Below are positions 1 to 13,204 of a stretch of DNA of 64,000 nt, piece after piece (within the stretch, counting starts at the first letter, position 1; each line of letters begins with the position of its first letter). The notes below the pieces were generated by a model. It was not told the DNA's origin and ran no database searches. It saw only the letters and a program-made list of their open reading frames with translations. The translations under genes and the position numbers were made by a program. This DNA comes from Pseudovirgaria hyperparasitica (lineage: Eukaryota): NCBI GenBank assembly GCA_010093815.1, contig ML996579.1, one strand, 5' to 3'.

Positions 1-141
1 ACCTACCAATATTATCCAATTTAGAACGAGCCTAAATCGAACAATATGCTAGTAAGACAATCCATTGCGACCTACTCACTATCGATCATCATAGCCTTAG
101 CTGAAGCCTTCAACTACCAACATTCAGGGGTATCACAATCA

Positions 142-1949
142 TCACTGCCGCAAATCTACCGCCACCTGCCCGAAATATTCACACATCCCCCTCTCGTCAT
201 TCGCCACTGTCCTCATCGTCGTTTTGTTCGTCTCGAACACTAATCTGCTGCCTTGTCCCCACTGCTCCCAAACTGGCGTACCCCGCGCCCTCTCACGATT
301 CGGATCCAGATGTCGCACGAAACTGGTCCAGTATCCCTGCACCACCGGAATCACACCATCATTTACACCTCCTGGCAAATAACTCTGCGGCCAAAAGCTT
401 TTCGTTCCTGCGGCCCCGGGTGACCATATAGCATTGATTTCAGCGGTGTGGAACACGCCTAGTCCACTGGCTTCACTGCGGGGATCTTTGACGGACCAGA
501 GGTAGGTGTATACAGGTATGGAGTGCGAAGCATAGATGGAGGACAGAGTGAGTCCTGGGCAGAGGTAGCGGATGGAGCCATAGGCGTTGGCGCATTGGCG
601 CCAGAAGTCTGTGGATTTTGGGAAGCGTTCAGGTGTCCGTGGGAAATACTTAGATACGGCGTCGGCGTGACTCGAGTTCAGATGAGGGAATTGATTGCTG
701 AGCCATTTCGTGGACGTTTCCATGTTGGCGATATTGCGCGGGCAGAACGTCGTGCCTTCATTGAGGACATTGCTGGGCTTGTTAGATGACACTCCGGAGA
801 AAGGTGAAAGGGTATACACACCCGTAGATAGCAGGGAGCTTCACAAAATTGCCATCCTGGAACTCCTTCATCGTCACCGCACGTACGAAATCGCTGTCGA
901 TGACTGGACTGTACATGAACAGTGGCTCCCAGTGCTTGCGTGGATAAGGGACGTTGACAGCAGCTTTCTGATATGAACCGATGTCCATACCGCGCAAGCA
1001 CGCAAGCGTGTCAGACTTGCCCTTGCACCCACTATTTGCGACCAGCGCATCGTATTGATACTGCGATTCCTCGATCGTCAGCACAGGCCCAAACGACTGC
1101 GACTCTGCAGCCGTGCCATGGAACAACCCATCATCGCGCCCACCATACGCAGCAAGGTGTAATGTGATACTCGCGGCTCCAGCGCTATCGCCACCGAGAA
1201 CGACATGCTTGGGATTGCCGCCAAACTGTACCGAGCATGTTAGCCCTGCCAAGTGTGCACGGATCGGATTCAAACAAATGTCAACACGAAACGGTGACAT
1301 GCAAAGCGTTTCGAACTTCCAGCGCACGTACCTTTGCGATGTTGTCCTGGACCCACATCATGGCCTTCCTTTGATCCTTCAGCCCATTGTTCACACTGCC
1401 ACGCATCTCCTTGCTTGCCAGAAATCCGAGCGATGCGACGCGGTAATTGAAAGTGACAACGAGCATCTGCTTGTCCGCGGCGAGTAGCAGCGCTGAGCCA
1501 TTGTAATTTGCATTGGAGTCGGTGTTGAAGCCGCCGCCTGGGATGAAGAAATAGACGGGCAGTTGAGAGTCCGCGGTCGCACCTGTGGGCGCGTAGACGT
1601 TGATGAAAAGGCAATCCTCGGAAAGCGCGGGGGTGGGTGTTTGGGACAGGCCGATGCAACGGGCGCCGTGCTATTGACATGTAAACATCAGAGCATTTCT
1701 GGAGGAGAAATAAGATGATAAAGAACATACAACAGTTGCATTCTGGACATATTGCATACGTTCCGGATCCTGGGGTGGAGCAAAACGAAGGTTACCCGTT
1801 GGAGGAGCGGCGTAGCGCATTCCGAGCCATTGTGAGATCCCGTTTGAGAGGGCGTGGCCGTGATATGTCGCGTAGTCGAGGTGAACGGTTGTGCCTACGG
1901 CGTTGACGATGCTCTGCGCCAAGAAGGCGCTTATGAGGAGAAGACGCAT
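142..1949 (-). CDS. Secreted type-B carboxylesterase/lipase (alpha/beta hydrolase), 4 exons
   Basis: Signal-peptide-like N-terminus MRLLLISAFLAQSIVNAVG; LGMRYAAPPTGNLRF, SEDCLFINVYAP, FNYRV, nucleophile motif GDSAG, NEG and FHTAE catalytic-type motifs spread over ORFs joined by GT-AG introns. Confidence 0.93.
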
Positions 1950-2989
1950 CGCATCAAAGAGTAGTTGGGTGCAGAGCTTGACAACCGAGTGGATAGATGT
2001 GTATTCGAGGGATCATGGTGACATGGTGCGTACATTGGGTACTTATCTAGAGAGATGAAATTGTGAATGAGCTAAGGGAGGAAGTATGCTGGAAGCGGAG
2101 GAATGCTCGGTCATATAGCTATTGAGTCCCCAGAACACCGTTTCAATTGATGATAGCATAGCCAGCCCAGTGGACGGATTTAGCTTCAGAGACAGGGCGA
2201 CCGGGGTGACGACGATGGACCGGGTCTAGAATTAGTAGTACATGGACCAGGGCTGATCTTGTTCAGTTGGTCAGACTGTCCCTCACGCCGTTCTCAGGTG
2301 TTCTTGCCTTCGTGAAGAAGGTGAAGTGCGAGTCAATTAGTCTTGGATCAATCACATCTGCATCGCGTCAGACATTATGTCAAACGAGAGCATTCCTTTG
2401 CATGCTCTGGTGTTAGCTGTCGTTAAGAAATGAGCAACGGTTGGTTCGCGCTAAACAACAACCCACCAACTAAGCTGGAGCCACCCGGAATATCATTACT
2501 GTGGTCAGTATGGTGGCATCAGGGTAAAAGGCTTGAGCTGAACATCACGATTCACTGCTGCTAGCTGTCATGTTCCGTTCAACAATTGCTCTTGATCTAG
2601 CTACATGCACGCCATCGCGGCATCCTGTAGTCGCCCTTATGTTTACCATGACGGTGTTCTGAAGTCTCCACTGACTTACACCTGCTCAAGCCCCTGTATC
2701 CATGTTGTTTCCCTTCTTTTAGCAAGTCTGTGCCAAGAAAGGACGCTCCCAGATCTTCGGACATTCTCCGTGTTAATGGCTGATGTTTAAGCTCAATGAT
2801 CTGCATGGCGTCCGACGTCCTGGCTAAGCTTTGCCGCCTAATTGCTCGTACCCCAATGTCGGCCGAGGCGGAGATATGAATTTTATACGTCAACGCAATG
2901 CATGCAGCGTATGACGTGAACTTCGAAATGCGAGTGAAAGCGTGTAGTGGTACAATCCTGTGCCGTGACTGAACAGACATTTGTCGAGC

Positions 2990-4559
2990 TCACAGCAGTC
3001 CCTGCTTTTGCAGGTCATAATACACCTTTTCGGGCATAACATTGCCATCACCATCCTCCATTTGGACCACATTCTCGACAGTAGTCTTCTCCTGCTTCTT
3101 GTCCCTCTGCAGCTTGTCCCACAGATCAAGGGCTTCCTGGATGCCTGTTATCTCGCGGAACAGAGTTGTGTTAGTGATACCCAGAGCCTTCAAGCCCCAT
3201 GTATGTCTGGCTTCGCTGAAATGCTTGTCGAAGGCTCGGCGCCCCATATAGACGAAGTTGCCGCATATCTCGCAGGGGAATTCGACTCCAAGCCCATGCA
3301 GCTTATACAGCCAGAATGGAATCGGCTTGCCATCCCACGCAAGCGGCAGCTTCAATGGGTTGTATATTTTCTCTTCGCCATCATCATCGGACCCTTCCTG
3401 GTCTTCCTGCCCGACTGGCTCTTGTGATTCAGCATACAGTGCTGCGAGCTCCTGCGCTCTCTCTCGATCTGTCATGCCTTGTTTACGCTCAACGTTTACT
3501 CGTGTATCGCCGCGCTCTGTCTGCATGGCCGCTGCGAGCTTCCTTATGCGAAACTCTCGATCGGCCACAGCGCGTTCTTTCACTTTAAGCACAGCTGCGT
3601 TGCTTTTCGATGAGCTCGTGCCGTTGGATGCACCACTCGTACCACCTTTCTTGCTCTCTGCGGCCCTTTTATGCTTTTTGCCATTCATGTGATTCTTGTA
3701 GACGTTCTCGTTCTTGAATTCGGCTTCACAATCTGCGCACCACACACCTTCACCTGTGCCTTCGGTTTTGAGTCCACGTTGGGTAGATTCAGTGGGTTCC
3801 TCTCGCCAGCCTGGCAACTCAGCCTTCTTCCACGATTCCTCGAACTCTTGATCGAAGCTCTGAAACAGCTTGCTTAGATCTTCCAGGGGCCTTGTCTTTC
3901 GCATAAACCCTTCCAAATATTGTGAGAGCGTGCCGAGATAACTGAAATACGCATCAGTCATTTTCTCTGGTCGTTTGATCGGGCATTGCGGTGGGTGGAA
4001 AGTATCAAAGATATCGAGGTATTGAAGGTAAGATGGTCGTCGGGCGCCCTTTACGCCAGGAAGGTTTAGGTACTCCTCGTGGAGCATAGTCAAGTCAAAG
4101 TAGCGACCATAACCTTCCTCGCCTGTAAACAATGATTCGACATCCACATGCATGGTCCCTGTGGCTTCATCTGGTCCACGCCGCCTGTACGAGCGTTCAA
4201 GGTTCTCTACCGGCTCATTGGGGTATTTGCGATGATACTCCTTGATAGAGTTATATTGTTTATTAAACGACTCGAAGACGTCCCCAGCAGACAGAGATTG
4301 TATCTCACGTGCCCGCGTACCCTCACTATCCTGATAGATGTCAAGTAGTCTGGTCGACTGCTCTTGTATGCGGTTCATGAAACCGTTGACTTGGTGGTCT
4401 CGTGCCAGTCTGTCTCGTATCTATCAGACGTTAGAAAATCATATCGTAAGTGCGCTTTGTTAAACAGACGTGCTTGGGTTCATCTCGCAGTCTTTCCGCT
4501 ATCGCGTTCTCCAGTCTTTCGATGTCTTCATGAGCTAGTCTTTGATCCTCGAGGAGCAT
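2990..4559 (-). CDS. PRP9: Splicing factor SF3a subunit 3 (Prp9/Sap61)
   Basis: Exon 1 MLLEDQRLAHEDIERLE (ATG 4559), intron about 4470-4422, then FTGEEGYGRYFDL, YNPLKLPLAWDGKPIPFWLYKLHGL, zinc finger CEICGN..HF...RH and C-terminal YYDLQKQGLL. Confidence 0.96.
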
Positions 4560-4855
4560 TTTGAGTAGATGCTGGGTTTTTACGGATCACGAGCAAAACC
4601 TTTATTGGTGCTATAGAGGATATCGTGTGGAAGAACTCAGGCTCAGACAGGTCAATACTATAGTTGCGATTTCGAGTTTCCCTGGTTCCGCCTGGATTCG
4701 AGGTAGACCCGAGGTTTAACCGGACTCGCGTCAGTAGCGCGTTGAGCTCCACGTCCCCGGTTCGGAGCTCAAGCTCGAAAACATTCAACCTGCCAGTGAG
4801 CGACTCTACACTCAACGATCCAGCCTCACAACATTCGGTGGCAGCCGCAACCTGA

Positions 4856-6657
4856 ATGACTATGGCTGATCTACAAATTAAGGAAGCTACTTTGCGTGGC
4901 AGTCTTGGTCGCAGCTTTCCGGCTCAGCACGATCGCGCGGCCGTTGACCCTGTTCCAAACGGTAAAGAAACAGAACTCAAAACACTCATCAACAACGTAC
5001 TTGAAAAATGCTCTTCAGCAAACATAACAGTAGTGTACCTAAAACCTATTTTTGATGCCGTTGCTAAAAGAGATACTATCTACAGAAATGCAAGACTTAC
5101 GTTATCATATACGTTGTGCCGTCCGAAGAGCGCATTCAGAAGCTTGGTGCATACCTTGAGGCTTTGTCAAAATCACTACAAAGTCGCCCACAGAATCTAG
5201 CCGACAGGAGGAAGTGGATTGCAGACTACAGTGTAGGCCTCAGAAGACTGTTCATGCTATATCTGATTAGCGACATTCTTTATCACGTTCAAAAACTCAA
5301 AGGCAAGGAGGACTCGACGAATGCAATCAAAAGATTGGTCCTCAATATCGATGAAACCCTGATTCGAATACTTCAATTAGCCGCTGATCTCGATGTCTCT
5401 AAGACTGCAGATCGCCAGCTACATGCCAAACTGAAGGAAGTCATCAATCTCTGGAAAGAAAGAGCTGTCTTCACCGAAGCCTTCATTGACGACCTCTATC
5501 GCATTATCGAAGGTGGGGGCAAGCATGTCTCTTTATCTACCACAGGCAATTGTGATCGCCTGAGTTACGCTATTGCATCCAGAGAAGGACCCTACGATTT
5601 GCCAGCTTTGTACGGTGAAGCTAAAGGTCGATGGTACGACCAGCCAGTGGGTGTGATGATGTACAATCTCAGCCTTGAGCCAGGGAGATCGATTCGAAAG
5701 TCGAAGATGAAGCCCATGCCCATGACCAAAGGACGCGCATCTGCAGCTCTGGTCAGTGCCGTCGATGACTTCATAGCTGATCTCAAAGAAGATCGTAATG
5801 CCGCTGTGAACGAAGGTCGGATGCACAACATTGACCGACTTGGACAGATCATTGTCAAAGACAAAAAGAGTGGCAATCTGACTTTTGGCGATACCTATTA
5901 TGGCTTCTCACGCGACTTCCTTGAGACGCTGAATGCGATCAAAGCGTACAAGAAGCAAAAGCCCAGCAGGTCAAGTGACCTCACGGGGTCTTTGAGCCTG
6001 GATGAAGTTGTGAAGAAGCGCGGTGGATCGTCTGGAGAGGGGAATGGGGCCCAGCCTCATTGGAAGAAGCTCCAATTCTGGTCAGCACAAAGGCCCACGC
6101 GGTCTACAACTCCTTCCAGGAGCCGATCTCAGACACCCAGAAGGTCGCAAGACCGTTATGCCCGCTCGCGGTCTCCCAGAGATCGCTACTGCCATTACAA
6201 TCGCAGGTCCAGCTCGCGGGACCGCCGCAGAGACTCGCGTGAGCACGTCTCACGAAACAACCAACACCGCCCGGACCGCCGGTCCTCTCACGAACAAAGG
6301 AGCAGTCCTACAAATACTCCCCGCCGCCACCCACAATCCCAATGGCAGCAGTCTCCTTCTTCTTTCGCTCCGGGCCAGTATGGCCAACACATGCAGTTTC
6401 CCCCGCCGCCGCCCAATCTGCCCGTTGGCGCGCCCTGGCCTCCTCTCCCACCTCCACCTCCACCAATGGGCGGCTTCGTCCCGCCCGGTCATGCGCAGTT
6501 CCATGCGCAAGGCCAGCGGCCACCATTCCAGGTGCCGCAGGGGGGTGGTGGGCAGTTTGGCCGGGGTCGTGGTAACGGGTTCCATGGGAACCACAACGGC
6601 CAGTACAATACTGGCAACAGGAACTGGGGTGGGCCCAACCAGGGCAGGAGATACTAG
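4856..6657 (+). CDS. CID (RNA Pol II CTD-interacting)-like domain protein with RS-rich and Pro/Gly-rich C-terminus
   Basis: Exon 1 from ATG 4856/4862, intron about 5030-5085, then RRLFMLYLISDILYH and KLKEVINLWKERAVF (CID-like), SRSRS tracts and a poly-Pro/RGG-like tail. Divergent from PRP9 across about 300 bp. Confidence 0.7.
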
Positions 6658-6769
6658 ATTGCGTGGGTGGGAGGAGGAGTGGGGGCTCCTGGAGTCCTCA
6701 CAATTGTACAATAGCATAGGTATCAATGAGATACCCACAGCCTGCGATAAGGCAGGATAATAAATGACA

Positions 6770-7500
6770 TGACCGTGATTGCTTTAAGTAAATGCATGAT
6801 GTTTAGCACATGCGAGTTCGTGACATATACGTGATACATGCATAATCTAAGTTGCCATATATATTATGCCTACTATATTCATATATAAGTACAGGAATTC
6901 TATATTATCATTCTAGCGATAGCTATATATGCTAGTGTAATTACTATAGTATACAGGACATTAGTAACTGTTCTTCTTTATCTTTTAGTAGAGCCTTTTA
7001 CATATTCTTTACATCTAGAAAGAAAATTTACTCTATCTAAAAAATTATATACTAGATCTATCGTATAGCTAAGCTTACATCCTTATATATTAATATTATA
7101 TCTAATAGTATATATAGATTCTATAGTAATAGTCATGTTATATCTCTATAATATAAATGAAGCTTGTTACGCTTTTATGTCTTGAGTCATTTATATAAAA
7201 TAATACTTAGTAGAGATTTAAATAGACTAGAAGTATTATTATATCATAGAAAGAAGCTAATATATTAGTTCTGTACAGCAATAGAGATAGTTATATCCTT
7301 AGTATGTAGACTATTATACAGATAGTTTTATGTGTATGTCATATAATCTAGATGGAGAGGGGAGAGTATAGTGGTTCTGTTAGGATTAGAGGGACTTAGA
7401 ATTATAGATAAAGAGATATAAAGAGCACTATGTATAGATGGAAGTATAAGTAATAATCTAGAGATCATTGGATTATTTGGCTCTTTGCAGGTAGATGGGC
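6770..7500. mobile_element. AT-rich, RIP-like degenerate repeat relic
   Basis: Abrupt drop in GC, very frequent TpA (tatata, ctag, taga) and no ORFs, between two GC-balanced genes. The element family is not recognisable. Confidence 0.6.
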
Positions 7501-7804
7501 TAGTTGGTTCTATGCATGTTGTATATATGGAGTGTTCAGGAACTCAAGAACCTGCCTTTTCTTTTATCTAATAGCACACGAATGGGTTTCACTTCAGTTA
7601 GCAACCACATATTGAGAGATATTGTAAGGCATATTCGTGTTCTACTCCCAACGATTAAAATACGAAAGAGTACAAACCTTCTACATTATGGTTCTTGTTA
7701 TGAAGTAAAACCACTCAAAGGTATCATCGCTAAAAAGCAAGAGCACATCAACATCGCTTCTATGTTCAAACAACTCCCAAAAACACCCATGTCTCGAGCT
7801 CTCT

Positions 7805-10800
7805 CTAGACCTTCTCATTCTGCTCCGCCTCCAAAACTTTCGACAATTGCCCTGTACTTCTCCGATCCAATGTCGACTCGACGCCACTCTCACTATCCGG
7901 CTTTTGCAAGCTCCTCGTGGTACCCACACTCAACGTGCGAGCAAATGAGAAGAAGCCCTGCCTCAAGCCAAGCGGTCCACCCCTGCGCAGCGTCTTACTT
8001 GCCGCAGCAGAGTCCTCGTCGTCTGTCGCACGGAACCAACCCGTCATGCGCTTGATGCCTTTCCACATCTCCATGCCCAGCACGAAAACGAAAACGGCAC
8101 CAATTGCCAGCGCCCATTCCCAGCTGATGCCCTTGTGCTTGAACACGACTGTGTTGAAGCCGGGAATGTAGATGCAGGGGAAAACGACACAAGCACCGAC
8201 AACGACTGACCAAAACAAAAAGCGGTTCTCCCACATGTCCTTGAAGAACGGGAACTTGGACTCGGAGGAGGGGTCAAGGCGGAACATGGAACGGCGCAGA
8301 CTCTTGATCTCCCATGCGCTAATCAGGATCAGCCAGGTCAGTTCGGCGAAGACGGCGGCGCGGGCGCGGAAGACAAGGTCGCAGCTGTCGTTGTAGGACT
8401 TGTTACAGTCCATGCCCAGATTGCCGTCACCGACGCCGTAGACAATGATGACGAAGGTCATAAGCGTGAGGGTGCCCATGAGCGTGCCATAGACGAGCAT
8501 GTCGGCGATGATTTGCCAGGTGAAGACACCCTTACGCAGGTCGTGTGGCGGGCGGGTCATGATATTGTATGATGCCTTTTCTTTGCCTAAGCCAAAGGCG
8601 GGGAAGCCGGATGTAACCATGTTGATCCAGAGGATCTGGAGGGGCGAGAGAGGGAAGACGGAGAAACCATTCGAATCTTGAAAGCCAAGACCACAGATAA
8701 GGAGGACGACTTCTCCGACGTTAGAAGTGACGAGGTGGAGGACGAAGCGTTGGATATTGTCGAACATACGGCGACCTTCTTCGATAGCGCTAACGATACT
8801 TGCGAAGTTATCATCGGTTAGCACGATGTCTGATGCTCCTTTCGCGACGTCTGAGCCAGCCAAGCCCATTGCGATACCGACATCGGCAGCTTGTAGGGAT
8901 GGTCCATCATTGACACCGTCTCCTGTCATAGCAGCGTAGCGACCACGACGATGGAGGGCAGCAATCATACGTGTCTTGGTATGGGGAGCGCAGCGGGCGA
9001 TAACGAGAGGGAGCTCGGGAAGTCTATCGATTTCGTCGTCGCTCATTCCATCGAATTGAGCAGCAGTCTTTACGAGCGCGTCAGAAACGTCCTTTGGTAG
9101 AACCGAAGTATCCTTTGGGATAATGCCGACTTCTTTGGCGATCGCAGCAGCAGTACCAGGATGATCACCTGTAAGCATGTGGACACGAATACCAGCAGAA
9201 GTACAATCTTTGACAGCGTCCTTGGTCTCATTGCGTGGAGGATCATACAGACCAGCAAGACCCAGCAATGTGAGGTCTTTTTCAATCTCATTGCGCGATG
9301 TGTCAGACTTTGCGGTGATTTCATTGCCTGTCCACGTTTTGCGAGCGATTGCCAGAACTCGCAGACCTTGATCGGCTAGGAGGCCCATTTGCTCGAGGAC
9401 GGATTCCTTGATGTCCTTGGTCAAGTCGTTTTCTTGCCCATCCACACCAACCTTGGTACAGAGATCAATGATGCGCTCGACGGCACCTTTCGAAAAGATT
9501 ATTGTCTCTTTACTCTGGGGGCGCTGATATGCGACTGACATCCTCTTAACATTGCTGTCGAATGGATATTCGGCGAGTTGTTTCCATCCGTTGCCTTTCT
9601 CTAGATGGGATTTACCTTGGTCAAAACGGTGAGCAAAGACCTGGAGAGCAACTTCCGTTGGGTCACCAGTAGTCTGCCATTTATCCTCGTCATCATTAAG
9701 ACGGACAGTTGCCAAGTTGCACAGAGCGGCTGATTGCAGAAAGGCCTCAAGCCCAGGTACCATTCCAGGATTCTCGGTCAACAAATCGTCTTCACTGTTA
9801 GTTGTAGTCTGTCTTGCAGGCCGCCGCTGGTCTCGATCGGTCTTTTCTGAAGGCTCTTGAAACTTGACGTTGACAATACTTCGCTGGCGGTCGAATCGCT
9901 CCTCTCGCTCGTGTCGCTCCGCCTCAAATTCAGCTTTCGTCTTGACTGGGCCCAAGCTTATATTGCCGTTCGTTGGATCGGCTGCATCTTCAGAATTGCT
10001 GACGGTGTAAATGCCTACGCCAGGAACCCATGCTTTGCGTGTCACCATTTGCCCTTGTGTGAGCGTGCCGGTCTTGTCACTGCAGATGTTCGTGATACCA
10101 CCGAGGGCTTCAAGAGCACTGAGCTTCCGGGTCAAGACCTTTTTACGTCGCATGACTGACATGCCTGTGACGAAAGTGATGGTCAAAACAGCAATCAGTG
10201 ATTCTGGAATAATAGCAATGCCTATATCATAATTAGTATATCGCTGACTGTGAGGGAAGTATAAGTATTACTGACCGGTCGATATGGCGTAGATCGCTAC
10301 CTCATTGGTGACGTCGAAACGATTCGCACCAAAGACAACAATAGCAAGTATTAATGCACAACCGAATAATAAGTATGCAAGCTTCGAAAGTTTCCGCTGA
10401 AGCGGAGTGCCTACGGTAAGACCAAGGAATGCTCCAATGCCATCCCATGTTCGGAGAACAGCACCTTTAGCTGGCTGGAGACTTCCATGCTTCTTGCGTG
10501 ACATGGATCGATTTGGCTTCCTCTTCTTGCCTTGCATCGATGCCGCAATTAAGCCGATCTCAGTGGTCATTCCAGTGAAGACGACAATACCACGAGCACG
10601 TCCTTTAGTGACAGTTGATGAAGAGTAAGCCATGTTTACACGATCACCGACGCCGACCTGAAGCTCATCTTCACCATCAAAGTCCTTGTCCGCATCCTTC
10701 GAGACTGGAATAGCCTATTTATATTAGATGATGCTAGGCCGAGGTAGATTAATCAATCGCTTACCTCTCCTGTAAGAATCTTCTCGTCGCATTCCAAGTT

Positions 10801-11361
10801 CATGACTTCAAACAGGCGAAGATCAGCTGGGACGGTATCACCAGTCTTAAGCTGTATGACATCACCAGGTACAACTTCTGCAGATGCGATAGCATCGACC
10901 TTACCATCCCTCAGAACCATTGCTGTTGGAGACGAGAGAGCTCGAAGGGAATCCATCTGCTGCTCTGCTCTGAACTCCTGAACGAAGCCGATGACTACAT
11001 TGATGATAATGACTGCTGTGATGACACCGCCTTCGACCCAGTCCTGGACACCATAGGACAAAGCCATGGCGAAAATAAGCACCTGGAGGGAATTTAGCTC
11101 GCGTATTGGACGGAAATCAACCATGACCCATACCAAAACCATTGCATTTGCACATTGTTTTAGTAGAACTGTATACCATCTGACGCCCCCTTGCCCGTCA
11201 AGTTTGTTCTCCCCGAACTTGGACCGATTATCGTTGACTTGGGATGAGTTTAAGCCAGTGTCGGTGTTTAGCCCAAACTGTGAAGTTATCTGGTCAACAG
11301 ATAGTTTGAATGGATGCTTCTCATAACAGGAGCGAGTTTCAGAGTCCTTGGAGGAGCTCAT
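7805..11361 (-). CDS. ENA1: ENA-type (P2D) Na+/K+-exporting P-type ATPase, multi-exon
   Basis: LKTGDTVPADLRL, ILTGE, phosphorylation motif CSDKTGTLTQG, TGDPTE, MLTGDHP, MTGDGVNDGPSL, SKGAVERII; introns near 11120-11083, 10765-10715 and 10275-10222. Confidence 0.95.
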
Positions 11362-11618
11362 CTCGGAAGTAAGTGTGTGTATCTTGTGGAATTTGAGAAT
11401 AAAATAATTTCGATATTAGATGTGGTAAAATACTGGAGATGACAGATAAGTGGTAGTCTATCATTGACCGAACCACGGTTGATCTGAGGGGTAATTTGAT
11501 AGTGTTCTAAAAGTCCAAAAGTGACAGGCATGTGCCTTTCTTATAGATGGACGTCCCCAATGGATTTTCATCTTCTCGCCCAGCGATATCCTACAATACG
11601 TCAGTGGACTCAATAGCT

Positions 11619-12442
11619 GCCAAGAGACCAACCAGGCTCTTGGGTGCTTGGCGATGGAGTGAAATAGTAGCCATGCCGTACTTGGTGTTGGCAAGGCGTG
11701 CTTGCCAGTAGTGGTCGAGGACATGATCAAGACACAACTCTTCGGTTCCGGACGTTTGATGGCTTGCCAGGCTTGGCTTCCAGGCTTCAGGCGGAGGTGG
11801 CGGAGGTCTTGGGAAGAGATATTGGAAGTCAATTCGCTCGGAGGCCCAGCCCTTATCCTAATCCTAGCCACTCCGCCTGTCCCGCTCACCTTTTCCTGCT
11901 CCGCCGAATGCACTATAAGTCTTAGCGACATGGAACCAAACCCGATTACCCGAGCTATCCTCGAGCGTATACGCTATTGTCTACCTGTCGTCATGAGGCG
12001 GCTTCGACCTTAAGACTAAGGGAACGTTCCGAACGCGGACGACTATGTGGCATAGCACAGCAAGCAGAATGTGGTATCACGTCTGTCATAGCGCTGGATG
12101 AGGCGAATGAAGCTTACACTGTTCACTATCAATTCGTTGTGTGGTGCGAGTGATATATCAAGATGACTTTATCAAGACGGCACGGATAAGTTGTCCCGCG
12201 ATTATGCCTGAATGCCATGCGAACGCCTAGCCCGATGCTTGCCATGCACGTCGTGTTTTCTCCCAGGATGCCGCGAGTTGTGGGGACCCCGCCTCCGACC
12301 ACTGTGGTGCCAAGGGTTTGCCAAGCCCGCGGAGCTCGTCATAAGAGCGAGTTTGCCTCGCGAAGGCATCGACAACCGGTCCGGCATATCTACTCATGAC
12401 TCTTCGGCCGATGGGTTGTTCTAGTTTCTGCGTTTTGCCAAG
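11619..12442. promoter_or_regulatory. Cluster of seven PacC/Rim101 consensus sites (GCCARG) upstream of ENA1
   Basis: GCCARG or its complement at 11619, 11647, 11766, 11772, 12309, 12320 and 12437. Confidence 0.7.
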
Positions 12443-12510
12443 ATTGCCACCATCAACGCAATGAACCCTAGACTCGGTATCTCAATATGGAACATTAAGG
12501 ACGGCAGAAA

Positions 12511-13204
12511 TCAGCCCGCTGCTTCCTTGATTTGACCTCCTGCCTGCGGAGCCTCATCGATGAACTGGGGTGGTCTTGCTTCGTCCATCATGAAGGCGGG
12601 CAAGCCTTCTGACTCCGCTCCCAAGCCTTCAAATTCCACCTCCTCTCCGAGGGCTTCAAGCTCGGCATCTAGTTCTGCCTCGTCAACATCCTCAGGTACA
12701 TCGTAACTTCGGCTAATGCTCTCTTGTATCTCATTCCCGATGTCCATCAGATCCGCCATCTCATCTTGAAGCTTTTCGATTTTGTCTATGTTTACCTTGC
12801 CGTACTGCTTCCGAAGCTCCTTGGTCGTGGTTTTCATGGCATCTACCGTAGTCATAGTGTTCTTGAGGTTGTCCTGCATCATGCCTGCTTGTTCCATGTT
12901 CCACGATTGTTGCTGAAGTTGGTCACGTTGTGCTTCGTACATCTTGCGCTGTTGGAGCACCTTCAAGGCCTTTTGTTTGATCGCCGTCTTGCCGGGTCCA
13001 TCTCGCATCTTTGCCAGACGTGACTGATGTGTTGAAAGCTCTGCATTCAGTTTTGCTATCTTAACATCGACGGTCTCGATCCGACTATCGACCTAAGACT
13101 TGTCAGCTCAATGTGCGTCTTGGAAACATGCGACTGACATTGGAAATGGCACCACTGAGAGTGGGCTTTGGGGTGTTGCTCTTCGCACCAAACAAGCGAT
13201 TCAT
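12511..13204 (-). CDS. VPS60: ESCRT-III accessory Snf7-family protein Vps60/CHMP5
   Basis: Exon 1 MNRLFGAKSNTPKPTLSGAISN, short intron, then VDSRIETVDVKIAKLNAEL..MRDGPGKTAIKQKALKVLQQRKMYEAQRDQL..ISRSYDVPEDVDEAELDAELEAL. Confidence 0.93.
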
